Shown here in pieces: positions 40,388-49,461 of a stretch of DNA of 64,000 bases. The position numbers and the translations under genes were made by a program. Every line of letters begins with the position of its first letter. Positions within the stretch are counted from its first letter, which is position 1. The DNA is from Pirellulales bacterium (GTDB taxonomy: Bacteria > Planctomycetota > Planctomycetia > Pirellulales > PALSA-1355), in contig CAVTBU010000006.1 of NCBI GenBank assembly GCA_963733035.1, positions 896,001 to 960,000 on the forward strand, read 5' to 3'. A model generated the notes under the pieces. That model saw only the letters and a program-made list of their open reading frames with translations, did not search any database and was not told where the DNA came from.

Positions 40388-40793
40388 ATTGCCGGCGGCC
40401 TCAAGACGCAGGTCTCAAGCCTCGGCACTCAACTCCGCGTTGCAATACCCATCCCGCACATCATCGTCGTTTCACATCGCGACGAACTTCTCGAAACGTC
40501 GGCCGGTCGTCGGCGCTCACGGCCCGTAATGGTTTGCGTCAAGATACGCAGCACGAACAACTTCCTGGCCAACAACTTACGCGGGGTGGCGACGCAGTTT
40601 TCCCAGCTTGTTGCGGGGTTCTGCAAAGCGGCGGGCGGGGGCGAATTTGCGATTTCGGGGGGCGAAAAACGCATATAGTGAGGAGAGGCACCGGTTGGTT
40701 CCGTGTGCCTGCGAGGGGAAACACGTCGAGCCTCGCGCTCGATCTCTCGGAGCTGAGTTTGGCATTGCGTCGCCTTTTTTTTGGAGACCTCTC

Positions 40794-41868
40794 ATGCCTA
40801 CGACCATTTACCGTCCTGCATCGCAACCGCGCGGCGTGCGCCGCGTAACTCCCTCGGTGGTCGATCCGGCCACCGCCGAGCCGTTTACGCTCGAGCAAGA
40901 GCTCAAGCCGTTTGGGGCCTGGGTGGGAGATCCGATTTGGGTGCCCCCCAAGGACGTGAGCAAAGACCTGGCCCAGACCATGCTGCACGAGACGCGGCCG
41001 TTTGCCGCGCCGGAGAAGCGCTGGCAGGCGGTCGTCAAGAAACATCGCGGCGAGTTCACCCAGGTGCGCGAGCTCGATCTGTTTCAGGCATCGATTCGAC
41101 TGCCGAAAGGCAGGTTCTTTGTCACCGTGACCGAGCAAAAGAACTTCGACAAGATTACCGATCCGATACCCGACTGCGTGCAAACCCGGCTGGACGAGTT
41201 TTTGAGCGGGCCGGGCCAGGAGCGGGGCGTGAAGGTGTATTACCTCAAGCCGCTGTGCGTGGAGATGGGGGACGAGCTGATTTTGACCTCGCGCGAGGAC
41301 CTGACCGCCGCGATCACCAAGATCCAGGACGAAGTGTTTGCCGAGTATCGCCGGCGAGCCCCCTGGCACCGGACGCTGCAAGCCGTGGCGGGGACGGCGA
41401 ACCTGGCTTTGACGCTTCCTCGCGCGGTGATGCGGATTGCGATCGATCGCAAACAGCGAGCCCTCGACGCGATGCAGGCGCGGCTCGAATTCGAACGCCG
41501 CAAGCTGGCCTTGCGCAGCGCCCACGCCTATTGCAAGCATCGCACATCGGGCTGCACGTTCGACGAGATGCTGGAGCTGACCAACCCGCTCAAGCGCACC
41601 GACGTGATCGATCAATACTGCACCGAGCAGGAGCTTTCGCGGGCGCAGTGCGCAGTTGCTGCATATCGCGGCCGGAACGCTGCCGTGGTTCGTCGGGATG
41701 TCGATTACGTTCGGGGGCTATATATCGACGCTGGCGGCAATTTGTCTGTCGCCGCCCGTGCTGGTTTGCGACCCGGCCTTCGTCGCCGAAATGCCAGGCG
41801 CGCGGGGCATGCTGCTGAAGATCGGCCACTTCGACGAAGTGGGTGGCGTGACGCACGTCGAGATTTAA
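40794..41868 (+). CDS. Hypothetical protein; apparent frameshift near 41650
   Basis: GGAGA RBS, GC3-rich codons; C-terminal part continues in ORF 41656-41868, ending at the TAA next to the MITE. Confidence 0.6.
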
Positions 41869-42017
41869 CAGCCAGTTGAAAAATGCCGTCGTGGCATTTT
41901 TCAACCTCGCCAAGTGCGAAGCAAAGCTCCGCACGGCTCGCAAAATAACGACTTACGTCGCTATTTTGGCATCGCATCCATGCGATGACGCAGCCCGCCG
42001 AATTCTTCAACGGCCTG
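41869..42017. mobile_element. 149 bp MITE-like element, copy 2
   Basis: CAGCCAGTTGAAAAA...TTCTTCAACGGCCTG; flanks TTAA / CTGG. Confidence 0.8.
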
Positions 42018-42127
42018 CTGGCGCAGCCATTGGAAGCTATTGGAAGGGGAGGGCGACGCGTGCGCGGTTGACGCGATGCGCTTCGCCGACGGTTGGCGAC
42101 GCTGTTGGTGCGCCGCGGCGAAGGGAC

Positions 42128-42240
42128 GTGTCGCCCCTGGCGGGGCTTGGGGACAGGCGGAACAACTTCGCGGGACATGCACCGGGTCCCGGGGGTTCCC
42201 ACCAGAGCGGCTATTGACTGAGCGCCCCTGCCGGGGCTGA
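42128..42240. repeat. REP-like composite with two CGCCCCTG(G/C)CGGGGCT hairpins
   Basis: Direct-repeat hairpins at about 42132 and 42223. Confidence 0.55.
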
Positions 42241-42246
42241 AGGATC

Positions 42247-42475
42247 GTAGCAGGCTCACGCCGTGAGCGGATAAGTTCCTCCGCCGCGGCTCGCGGCGTG
42301 AAGCGTGCGCGGCAGCACGTGCGCGATAACATTCGGTTTGGTTGATGGAACCGCGTTGGTGTCCGTTCAAGTGCGTGGCGGGCAGGCGCAGATACCGAGT
42401 TGGTTTGATGGGGCGCGTCACGTCGGCAATCCACCGAGCCGTGCCGCTTAACGGCTCACGGCGTGAGCCTGCTAC
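42247..42475. repeat. Inverted pair of GTAG-type REPs (REPIN-like)
   Basis: GTAGCAGGCTCACGCCGTGAGC at 42247-42268 and its reverse complement ending at 42475. Confidence 0.7.
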
Positions 42476-42667
42476 CTTTGCAGGACGGCATGCCGCGCTT
42501 CGGCGACGCGGTTGGTGCTCGTGGGCGATAGCACGCGGTCTGCTCGCGGATTGATATTGCTCGATTTGGCGCGAGCGGATTGAATGGGCCGCTGGATGGG
42601 CACAAGCCGAGGTGCTGGCGCTCGAATCGGCGAAATCGCTCCCGCATACTTGAAAGGTGAACTGGCA

Positions 42668-43177
42668 ATGAGCATTCGACTATCACGCCTGGCGACGGGT
42701 ATGTTGGCTCTCGCGGCAATCGTACTGATGGCGGACCGCTGCTGGGCGATACGCCAGGGGCTGGGTCCCTCGCGAGACGAATGGCAGTTGAAGTACGACG
42801 TGACGGTGGAAGACGCCGACAGCGAAACGCTGACCGTCGTGTTTACGCTGGCCGATGAAGGGAGACTGAAACCCATCTACTCGATCGACGCGGTTGCCTT
42901 CAGCAAGCAGACCGACCGCCAGGGCGGCCGCTCGTATGACTTGAACGAGCCGATCAAGTTGCAGCCGACCAAAGACGGCGAGCGCACCGGACGGGTGCAG
43001 ATTCCCAAGCGACTGATCGACCGCGCCAAGATCCGAATCATCACCCTGACGCTCGACGGGAAGCGGCAACCGTCTGGCGGCGTGTTCTACGACATTCCGA
43101 TCGCCAAGTACCTGCACAAAACGCCGGGGGCAGGTTCTCCGCTGGCCTCGCCGCCGCGAGCGAAGATCACCAAGTAG
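42668..43177 (+). CDS. Secreted hypothetical protein (paralog of 59680-60192)
   Basis: Signal peptide; shared LGPSxDEWxLKYxVxVEDA and FTLxDEGRLKPI. Confidence 0.75.
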   Translation: MSIRLSRLATGMLALAAIVLMADRCWAIRQGLGPSRDEWQLKYDVTVEDADSETLTVVFTLADEGRLKPIYSIDAVAFSKQTDRQGGRSYDLNEPIKLQPTKDGERTGRVQIPKRLIDRAKIRIITLTLDGKRQPSGGVFYDIPIAKYLHKTPGAGSPLASPPRAKITK

Positions 43178-43245
43178 GCCGCAGCGCGTGCTCGACGCGT
43201 CTCGAAGCTCCGTCTCGTATACACTAGCGGGAGGAGGTTTCGACG

Positions 43246-44051
43246 ATGCGCAACTGGATTCTGGCGGCGGGGGTGTTGGCGGGCGCGATCGCGGCCGGTG
43301 CGCTGGCCGACGACGCTCGCAAGACCGTGACGCTCGAAGTCTATCTGCCCGAGGGCGCGCGGCTGTTGATCGAGGGTTACCAGACGAAGTCGACCGGCAC
43401 GATGCGGCGCTTTGTCTCGGGGCCGCTGCCGCCGGGCAAGTACACCTACACCGTGACGGCGATCGTGGCCGGCCCCGGCGGGCCGCAGGCGGTCACGCGG
43501 CGGATCGACGTGCGGCCGGGGGATTTTGAATCGATCGACCTCCGCCCGCCGGGGGAGCGGCCGATCGCCGACGTCGAGTATGAGCCAACGCCGCAAAAGG
43601 TGGTCGACGCGCTGCTGCGGCTGGCGAAGGTCAACAGCCAGGACGTGTTGTGGGACCTCGGCAGCGGCGACGGGCGGATTCCGGTGACGGCGGCCGAGCA
43701 GTATGGCTGCCAGGCGCGCGGATTCGATATCGACCCGGAGCTGGTTGAAGCGTCGCGCGCAGCGCGCGAGAGCACGGCGTGGAGCGGCTGGCGACGTTCG
43801 AAAAGCGCGACATTTTCACGCTCGACCTGCGCCGGGGGCCGAGCGTCGTGGTGCTCTACCTGCTGCCGCACCTCAACGCCCGGCTGCTCCCGCAGCTTCG
43901 CCAGTTGCCGGCGGGCGCGCGCGTCGTTTCGGTGGCGCATCGGATGGCCGACATCTCGCCCGACGAGCAGATGGTGGTCGAAACGGAGCAGGGGGAGTTC
44001 GACGTGTACTTGTGGAAGGCCGAGACGCTGCGCGGCGGTTGCCGGGATTAG
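43246..44051 (+). CDS. TIGR03000-like domain fused to SAM-dependent methyltransferase; apparent frameshift near 43760
   Basis: Signal peptide; RRFVSGPLPPGKYTYTV; PTPQKVV, DLGSGDGRI; second frame VVVLYLLP..GARVVS. Confidence 0.75.
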
Positions 44052-44140
44052 CAGCCGCGGCGATAGCCCCTTGTGTCGCTCGGCAAGTTTGTCGCGGGCT
44101 GACGGCGCGAAGCGTGCCACTTTGCGACGGGCCTCAGGAG

Positions 44141-44713
44141 TCAGGCCTCGCGCCTCACCTCGTAGCACAGCTCGACCATGCCGTTCTGGTAGGCTTTGAC
44201 TTCTGCCAGGTGCAGGGGGATGTCTCGGGCGAGCTTGTCGAAGAAGGGGATGCCCTGGCCGATGAGGATCGGCACGATCGAATAGCGGATCTCGTCGGCC
44301 AGCCCGAGCCGCAGGCAAGCGGCGCAGACGGCGCCGCCTCCGACGAACCAGATGCTGCGGAACGCGGGGCGCAGCTGCCGCCCGACGAACCCGGCAAGAT
44401 CGCCGGAGTGGAACTGAACGGTATCGCGCACTCGCGGCAGCTGACGGGTGGTGAGGACGAAGACCGGCTTGTCGCCGTAGGCCCAGCCGTGCCCCTGGGC
44501 CTCGAAACCGAGCGCGGTTTCGTAGGTGCGCGAGCCCATCACGTAGCAGTCGATCGACTGGAGGAACGCTTCGACGAATCCTGGATCCATGGTGTCGCCG
44601 GCGGGGAATTCGTCGGCGGTCTCGAGCCAGTCGACGCCGCCGCCGGGGCGAGCGACGTAGCCGTCGAGGCTGGCCACCATGTGGATGGTTACGCGCGAAT
44701 CGTCGATGGCCAT
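44141..44713 (-). CDS. Dihydrofolate reductase/RibD C-terminal family protein
   Basis: ASLDGYVA, MGSRTYE, WFVGG, PILIGQG. Confidence 0.9.
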   Translation of the reverse strand: MAIDDSRVTIHMVASLDGYVARPGGGVDWLETADEFPAGDTMDPGFVEAFLQSIDCYVMGSRTYETALGFEAQGHGWAYGDKPVFVLTTRQLPRVRDTVQFHSGDLAGFVGRQLRPAFRSIWFVGGGAVCAACLRLGLADEIRYSIVPILIGQGIPFFDKLARDIPLHLAEVKAYQNGMVELCYEVRREA

Positions 44714-44884
44714 GGAGTTGCCTTTACGTCATGCATCGATGCCAGCGGCGTTGGGTCGAGAAAGGGGTTGGAGGATCTCGGCGATTGGCAGGGGGTCGGG
44801 AAGCACCAGCGCGATCGGCGCCAGTCGAGCTTCGCGCCGATCGGCATCGCGGCCAGCTTTCGGACCGAAGAATTGTCGCACGTC

Positions 44885-45613
44885 TCACGCCTCAACCGGG
44901 AGGTCGGCGTTGTGGTAGACGTCTTGCACGTCGTCGCAGTCGTTCAGCATGGTGATGAACTTCTGGAACATCGGGAGGTCTTCCTGGCTGACGGCTTTGG
45001 TGGTTTGCGGGAGGAAGGTGATTTCCTGGACCTCGAGCTCCACGGTCGGAAACGCTTCGAGCAGGGCGGTTTTGGCTTTGTAGAACTCGGCCGGGGGGGC
45101 GAAGACGGTGAGCTGGCCGTTCTTGTGCTCGATCTCCTCGATGTCGACGTCGGCATCGAGCAGCGCTTCGAGCACCTGCTCCTCGTTGTCGCCCTTGAAC
45201 GACAGGACCGCCACCTGGTCGAACATGTGGGCGACCGAACCGGTGGCCCCCAGCTTGGAGCCGGTCTTGGTGAAGCAGGTGCGGACGTCGGTGATGGTGC
45301 GCTGGGCGTTGTCGGTCAGGCAATCGACGATGACCAGCGAGCCGCCGGGACCAAAACCCTCGTAGCGGGCCGGCACGTAGTCCGCGCCGCCGGCCCCTTT
45401 GGCTTTTTCGATTGCCTTTTCGATGACATGGGCCGGCACCTGCTCGCTCTTGGCCTTGTCGATGAGGGCCTTGAGCACGGGATTGGCCTCGGGGTCGGGC
45501 ACGCCGCTTTTGGCGGCCACGTACAGCTTGGTGCCGTACTTGGAATAGAGCTTCGATTTTTGAGCGGCCGTCTTGAAGATCGCGTGTTTGCGATTCTCGA
45601 AACTTCGTCCCAT
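44885..45613 (-). CDS. yebC: YebC/PmpR family protein
   Basis: [22 protein letters not shown]. Confidence 0.93.
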   Translation of the reverse strand: MGRSFENRKHAIFKTAAQKSKLYSKYGTKLYVAAKSGVPDPEANPVLKALIDKAKSEQVPAHVIEKAIEKAKGAGGADYVPARYEGFGPGGSLVIVDCLTDNAQRTITDVRTCFTKTGSKLGATGSVAHMFDQVAVLSFKGDNEEQVLEALLDADVDIEEIEHKNGQLTVFAPPAEFYKAKTALLEAFPTVELEVQEITFLPQTTKAVSQEDLPMFQKFITMLNDCDDVQDVYHNADLPVEA

Positions 45614-45789
45614 GGCAGTCGATTCTTGGTCTGGAAAGCTGGTGGCGTGAAGCCCTGCAAGGTAGCACGGCGGGGGCGATTTTTCCAGGCGGGGGTGGGA
45701 GGGGGTGGTGTCCCAACAGTGCGTTGCTGGCCGGTGGGAACCCGAAAAGCCGCCCCTCGGGTTGGGAGGGGTGAGTCATGAATAGGGAG

Positions 45790-46635
45790 TCAGGGAAACT
45801 CAGGCGCGAAACTCTCAACAATATTGCGAACGTGTGCGGCAATCTTTCCAAGTGTCGAGATGACTGGGAGTCGTTCTACTGCGCTGCACCCATGTCCGAA
45901 TTGCACCTCCGGCAGCACGTGAATTTGCACCTGCACGTCCTCTGGAGAAGCGGCGTCAATCTCGGCGACCTGAGTGCCATTATCAAGGGGGCGACCGCTG
46001 AAAAGTTTGGTGGTAGGCGCAGACATGACCCGAAATCGTCTGCCGCCGATTACATGGGTTCCTACTGGGCCCTTCAAGATGGCAGTATTTGCACGGACAG
46101 CAATGGCAAAGAGGACGAGGAGTCTGTGCTTGTCGGTGTTGTTGAGCGAATGAAGAAGCCACAGCAGGTTTTGCCGGTTTCCGTTTCCGCGCTTATATGG
46201 CTGCAATCTCTCAATAGGTGCTACAAATCGACCAAGCGGCTTGATCCTCGCGGTGTTTCTGTCAAATCTGTTTTTTCGTTTTGTACTGTGAGGGCCACGA
46301 AGAAAGATCGGGAACATGACTTGACCACAAATACCTTCGATGTCTCCGTGCCCAGCATTGAGGCAAGCCAGTTGGCAGGCTAAGCCGTCGAGGGTGGATC
46401 GCAGATTATGGGCGATCATCCCGGCGAGAATTGCGAAATCGGGCGGGATGGATGGAACATCTCGAAGTATAGCGTCGCACTTTCCTGTCTGGATATTCTG
46501 CTCGATGGAGACTCTGTGAGGGCGTTCCTTGAAGAATCGCTTGACGCCACTTTCGAGCGTTTGGATGTAGTCTTCTGTGACGCGAATTCTAGCCAAGGGG
46601 CCGTCCAATGAGGGTGTCACGGGTGTTGGTGTCAT
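45790..46635 (-). CDS. Hypothetical protein, AT-richer, possibly HEPN-like
   Basis: HNLRSTLD and LNNTDKHR motifs. Confidence 0.65.
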   Translation of the reverse strand: MTPTPVTPSLDGPLARIRVTEDYIQTLESGVKRFFKERPHRVSIEQNIQTGKCDAILRDVPSIPPDFAILAGMIAHNLRSTLDGLACQLACLNAGHGDIEGICGQVMFPIFLRGPHSTKRKNRFDRNTARIKPLGRFVAPIERLQPYKRGNGNRQNLLWLLHSLNNTDKHRLLVLFAIAVRANTAILKGPVGTHVIGGRRFRVMSAPTTKLFSGRPLDNGTQVAEIDAASPEDVQVQIHVLPEVQFGHGCSAVERLPVISTLGKIAAHVRNIVESFAPEFP

Positions 46636-46706
46636 TTACTTCGCCCCGCGCACGCAGTTGGCACAGGAGTTTCGGGTCTCACCTGATGGGAGCTCGACGA
46701 CAGCAG

Positions 46707-47246
46707 CTATATGGACGGGGTTAGCTTCGCAATAGCCTTCCCAACGTCAATGTCCCATTTCGGTCGCTCGTTGAGGATGAGATCATGAACCACGCGGATC
46801 AGAAGACTAATGCCGTGGTTTATTCCACGCTTTACTCGCCATTTTTTCTTCAGATGGCCCTCGTAGCTATAGCGTGCATCAACAAACAGGTCCTCCGCTC
46901 GTTTAAGGATCGTTTTAATATCAAGCCTATAGCCCAGGCGCTGCGTCACGCGGTACAAGTCGTCATTAAGGACCTTCTCAGCGAGCATTCCTTTAATCTG
47001 CTTCTTGTCAGCCTTATCCATGCCCTTCCAGGAGAGTTGTATTTGGTGTCCGTACGCCGATCCCTTTCGCCCTCGAAGCTCGTGCAGGCACTTAAAGTGA
47101 AGCTCCAAGGCAAAGGCCTCTAGTGAGTATGCAAGTGACTTATAGCCGTTTCTGCCAAGTAGCGCAGCGGTCTTCCAGCTAAATGTGGCGTCAACAAAGA
47201 CGTCGAATGGTTTTGGTTGCTTCTTTTTAGCCTTTTTCTTTGCCAT
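46707..47246 (-). CDS. HEPN-like hypothetical protein
   Basis: AFALELHFK...GHQI...DARY pattern typical of HEPN domains. Confidence 0.55.
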   Translation of the reverse strand: MAKKKAKKKQPKPFDVFVDATFSWKTAALLGRNGYKSLAYSLEAFALELHFKCLHELRGRKGSAYGHQIQLSWKGMDKADKKQIKGMLAEKVLNDDLYRVTQRLGYRLDIKTILKRAEDLFVDARYSYEGHLKKKWRVKRGINHGISLLIRVVHDLILNERPKWDIDVGKAIAKLTPSI

Positions 47247-47334
47247 TCGAACCGATCCTCTGATTGCTTTGTCAAAACCTTGCGCGGACCAAACCTGCAA
47301 GTGTCCCGACAGTTTGTCGTCGTGAAAAGCCGGG

Positions 47335-47577
47335 CTATGCCTGAGGTGGTTGACCGTCCAGCTCGGCCGGGCGTCGGTAGAGCGCCGCGAAGTCCGGCGT
47401 TCTGGTGCCCTGCCGATTCACCAACACGCTCATCCACTGAAACTGCTCACGCGCCTTTCGGCGTTTCAGGAAAGCCTCGCGGTTCCGTTTCAATTCCTCT
47501 GGCGTAGCGCGGCGACCAGCGCGCAGCTCGTGGGCTCGCACTAGGGACTCCCATGCTTTTCGATCACCCTCGTTCAT
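47335..47577 (-). CDS. Cassette ORF G, 80 aa basic hypothetical protein
   Basis: ATG 8 nt after TAGAAT of repeat R6. Confidence 0.5.
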   Translation of the reverse strand: MNEGDRKAWESLVRAHELRAGRRATPEELKRNREAFLKRRKAREQFQWMSVLVNRQGTRTPDFAALYRRPAELDGQPPQA

Positions 47578-47624
47578 GCCAGCCGATTCTACCGCGGGTT
47601 GTGGCCTAGGAGCGAGTTGGTCGG
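47578..47624 (-). repeat. Cassette module R6 (lacks hairpin)
   Basis: minus strand CCGACCAACTCGCTCCTAGGCCACAACCCGCGGTAGAATCGGCTGGC-ATG. Confidence 0.75.
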
Positions 47625-47633
47625 CTGGATAGG

Positions 47634-47945
47634 TCAACGCCACCAAACATTCAAGACCCAAAGCGAAAGGCCGTTCAAAATAATCGCGAAGAATATCACG
47701 GCCAGTGACTGCTGGCGTTTAAGCCGAATGCCAGCTGCGATAAAGGGAACTTGGACGAGGATGAATACTGCCCCTCCCCAGAGACCAACCCCCAGCGGCC
47801 GCCTGGTCAGATTTGCCGCGACCAAGTACCACATGAGTCCTATGCAGGCTGCAAGCACGACACTGCCCAGCAATAGGTTCCTTGGCGAGAGCGACCACGG
47901 TGTCTCATCGCCTGGGGCCGGTGACCGATATGGATTGTCGCTCAT
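47634..47945 (-). CDS. Cassette ORF F, 103 aa membrane protein (about 3 TM)
   Basis: MSDNPYRSP start; hydrophobic helices; ATG follows repeat R5. Confidence 0.75.
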   Translation of the reverse strand: MSDNPYRSPAPGDETPWSLSPRNLLLGSVVLAACIGLMWYLVAANLTRRPLGVGLWGGAVFILVQVPFIAAGIRLKRQQSLAVIFFAIILNGLSLWVLNVWWR

Positions 47946-47971
47946 GCCCCCATTCTACTGCGTGCCCTAGG
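47946..47971 (-). repeat. Cassette module R5 (short)
   Basis: minus strand CCTAGGGCACGCAGTAGAATGGGGGC-ATG. Confidence 0.7.
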
Positions 47972-48188
47972 ACTGTGGTGGTCGTGTGAATTGATCCGCG
48001 TTGAGGCGAGCCCAAATACCAAAGCCCAAGACCGCACCCGCCACAAAGCAACTGCCCAATAAGAGCAAGCCGCCGAGAAACCGCAGCTCGAACGCTGCCC
48101 AGACAGCCGCGAGCATCGCGAGACCGATTGCAATTGCTCGGCGGGCCGCCCGCCTAACTCGATCTTCGCTCAAGTCGCTGGTTCTCAT
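47967..48188 (-). CDS. Cassette ORF E, 73 aa membrane protein (2 TM)
   Basis: ATG follows repeat R4; hydrophobic hairpin. Confidence 0.65.
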   Translation of the reverse strand: MRTSDLSEDRVRRAARRAIAIGLAMLAAVWAAFELRFLGGLLLLGSCFVAGAVLGFGIWARLNADQFTRPPQS

Positions 48189-48265
48189 GCCCCCATTCTA
48201 CCGCGCATGAAAAAGCCCCGGCAGGGACGGGGCGGTTGTGGGTATCCTAGGAGTGAGTTGGTCGG
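48189..48265 (-). repeat. Cassette module R4 (full: CCGACCAACTC box + terminator + leaderless promoter)
   Basis: minus strand CCGACCAACTCACTCCTAGGATACCCACAACCGCCCCGTCCCTGCCGGGGCTTTTTCATGCGCGGTAGAATGGGGGC-ATG. Confidence 0.85.
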
Positions 48266-48280
48266 GGGGCGGGCGCCGTC

Positions 48281-48400
48281 TCACGGTCGTCGGCCGCGAG
48301 TGGAGACGGCAACTAGGAGCACGATCCCGATAACCGCTGCCACGAGTAGGGCTATCGCGCCTCCGCCGATATTGCCCGATGCTGATCCAAATTCGTACAT
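48281..48400 (-). CDS. Cassette ORF D, 39 aa single-TM microprotein (not in the ORF track)
   Basis: Translated by hand: MYEFGSASGNIGGGAIALLVAAVIGIVLLVAVSTRGRRP*; ATG follows repeat R3. Confidence 0.7.
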   Translation of the reverse strand: MYEFGSASGNIGGGAIALLVAAVIGIVLLVAVSTRGRRP

Positions 48401-48443
48401 GCCCCCATTCTACCGCGCATGAAAAAGCCCCGGCACGGGGCCG
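48401..48443 (-). repeat. Cassette module R3 (terminator + leaderless promoter)
   Basis: minus strand GGCCCCGTGCCGGGGCTTTTTCATGCGCGGTAGAATGGGGGC-ATG. Confidence 0.85.
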
Positions 48444-48455
48444 GTGGACAGTGGC

Positions 48456-48758
48456 TTAAGAGGATGGTGGTCGGGGGCGGGAATGGGGAAAGTCGGCCTG
48501 CGACCGCAATCGACTGGCAAGGCGGATGAACCCCCATGCTCCTCCGCCGAAGATTGCCGACAAAAGCAGGCCGATAAAGAGGTGCTGGATACCGCTGAGA
48601 ATCGACCAGCGAATCGCAGCGACGATAAAAATGGCACTGGCCAATCCGAATGGGATCGCGACCAGGTAAAGCAGCAAGGCAATTGCCCACCTCCACGCGG
48701 GTACGGGCTGCCGTTCAACCGTGCTCGGTGGGCGGTATGGGTTTTCGGGGTCACTCAT
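48456..48758 (-). CDS. Cassette ORF C, 100 aa membrane protein (2 TM)
   Basis: MSDPENPYRPP start; ATG follows repeat R2. Confidence 0.75.
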   Translation of the reverse strand: MSDPENPYRPPSTVERQPVPAWRWAIALLLYLVAIPFGLASAIFIVAAIRWSILSGIQHLFIGLLLSAIFGGGAWGFIRLASRLRSQADFPHSRPRPPSS

Positions 48759-48836
48759 GCTGCCATTCTACCGCGCATGAAAACGCCCCGTTAGCGACGG
48801 GGCAGTTATGGGTGTCCTAAGGAATGAGTTGGTCGG
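48759..48836 (-). repeat. Cassette module R2 (full, diverged)
   Basis: minus strand CCGACCAACTCATTCCTTAGGACACCCATAACTGCCCCGTCGCTAACGGGGCGTTTTCATGCGCGGTAGAATGGCAGC-ATG. Confidence 0.85.
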
Positions 48837-48841
48837 ACTCG

Positions 48842-49180
48842 TCAATAGTCGGCGACCCAATTCTGATAGGTTCCAAGGCCAGTTCCCGCACTGCGAATTA
48901 GCTTACAGGAACGTGGGGCATCATGGCGGTGGACCGCGACGTAATAGACCACCGAGCCTTCGTATCCGCATTCAATCCCGTGGGCCTCTAGCAATTCCCT
49001 CATTGCCTTTGCCGTACCGGGATCGCCGACCGCGGCGATATCCACCCACTCCATGGCAGCTGAGTATCTCAACCACCCCCCGATGCAAATGGCTGAGATC
49101 GTGACGACCACGAACAGCGCCGATAGCGACCAGCGGTACCGGAAGCGCTTCGGGGTGGGAGTGGGGTCTGCTTCGTTCAC
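48842..49180 (-). CDS. Cassette ORF B, 112 aa membrane-anchored protein
   Basis: RYRWSLSALFVVVT N-terminal motif; GTGA overlap with ORF A. Confidence 0.7.
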   Translation of the reverse strand: MNEADPTPTPKRFRYRWSLSALFVVVTISAICIGGWLRYSAAMEWVDIAAVGDPGTAKAMRELLEAHGIECGYEGSVVYYVAVHRHDAPRSCKLIRSAGTGLGTYQNWVADY

Positions 49181-49461
49181 TTATCTGTCCTCTGGCGAGT
49201 TCCAACAAACCAAGCAAAGATGGCGATTACAAGTCCGCTTCTCCAGATGACGCCGATAATCGCGCCGCTGGCGGCTGTCCATCTCTTGCGTGCAATCTCG
49301 GCTTCAAATCCAACGTAGCCAAACCAGCAGTTGAGCGCAAGGACAACAAGGACCAGGGCAAAGACTCCCAATCCAAAGCGAGGCGAGCGCGATTTCTCGG
49401 CCAGCCTCCGGCACATTAGGCCCGCGGCTACGAACGGGAGCATGACTAGTATTTCGGTCAT
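49177..49461 (-). CDS. Cassette ORF A, 94 aa membrane protein (about 3 TM)
   Basis: ATG follows repeat R1; hydrophobic helices. Confidence 0.7.
   Translation of the reverse strand: MTEILVMLPFVAAGLMCRRLAEKSRSPRFGLGVFALVLVVLALNCWFGYVGFEAEIARKRWTAASGAIIGVIWRSGLVIAIFAWFVGTRQRTDK

Noticed and set aside
41876..42217. Recurrent peptide LKNATTAFFN / KNAVVAFFN in several ORFs
   Set aside because: Translation of the palindromic MITE, not a protein family
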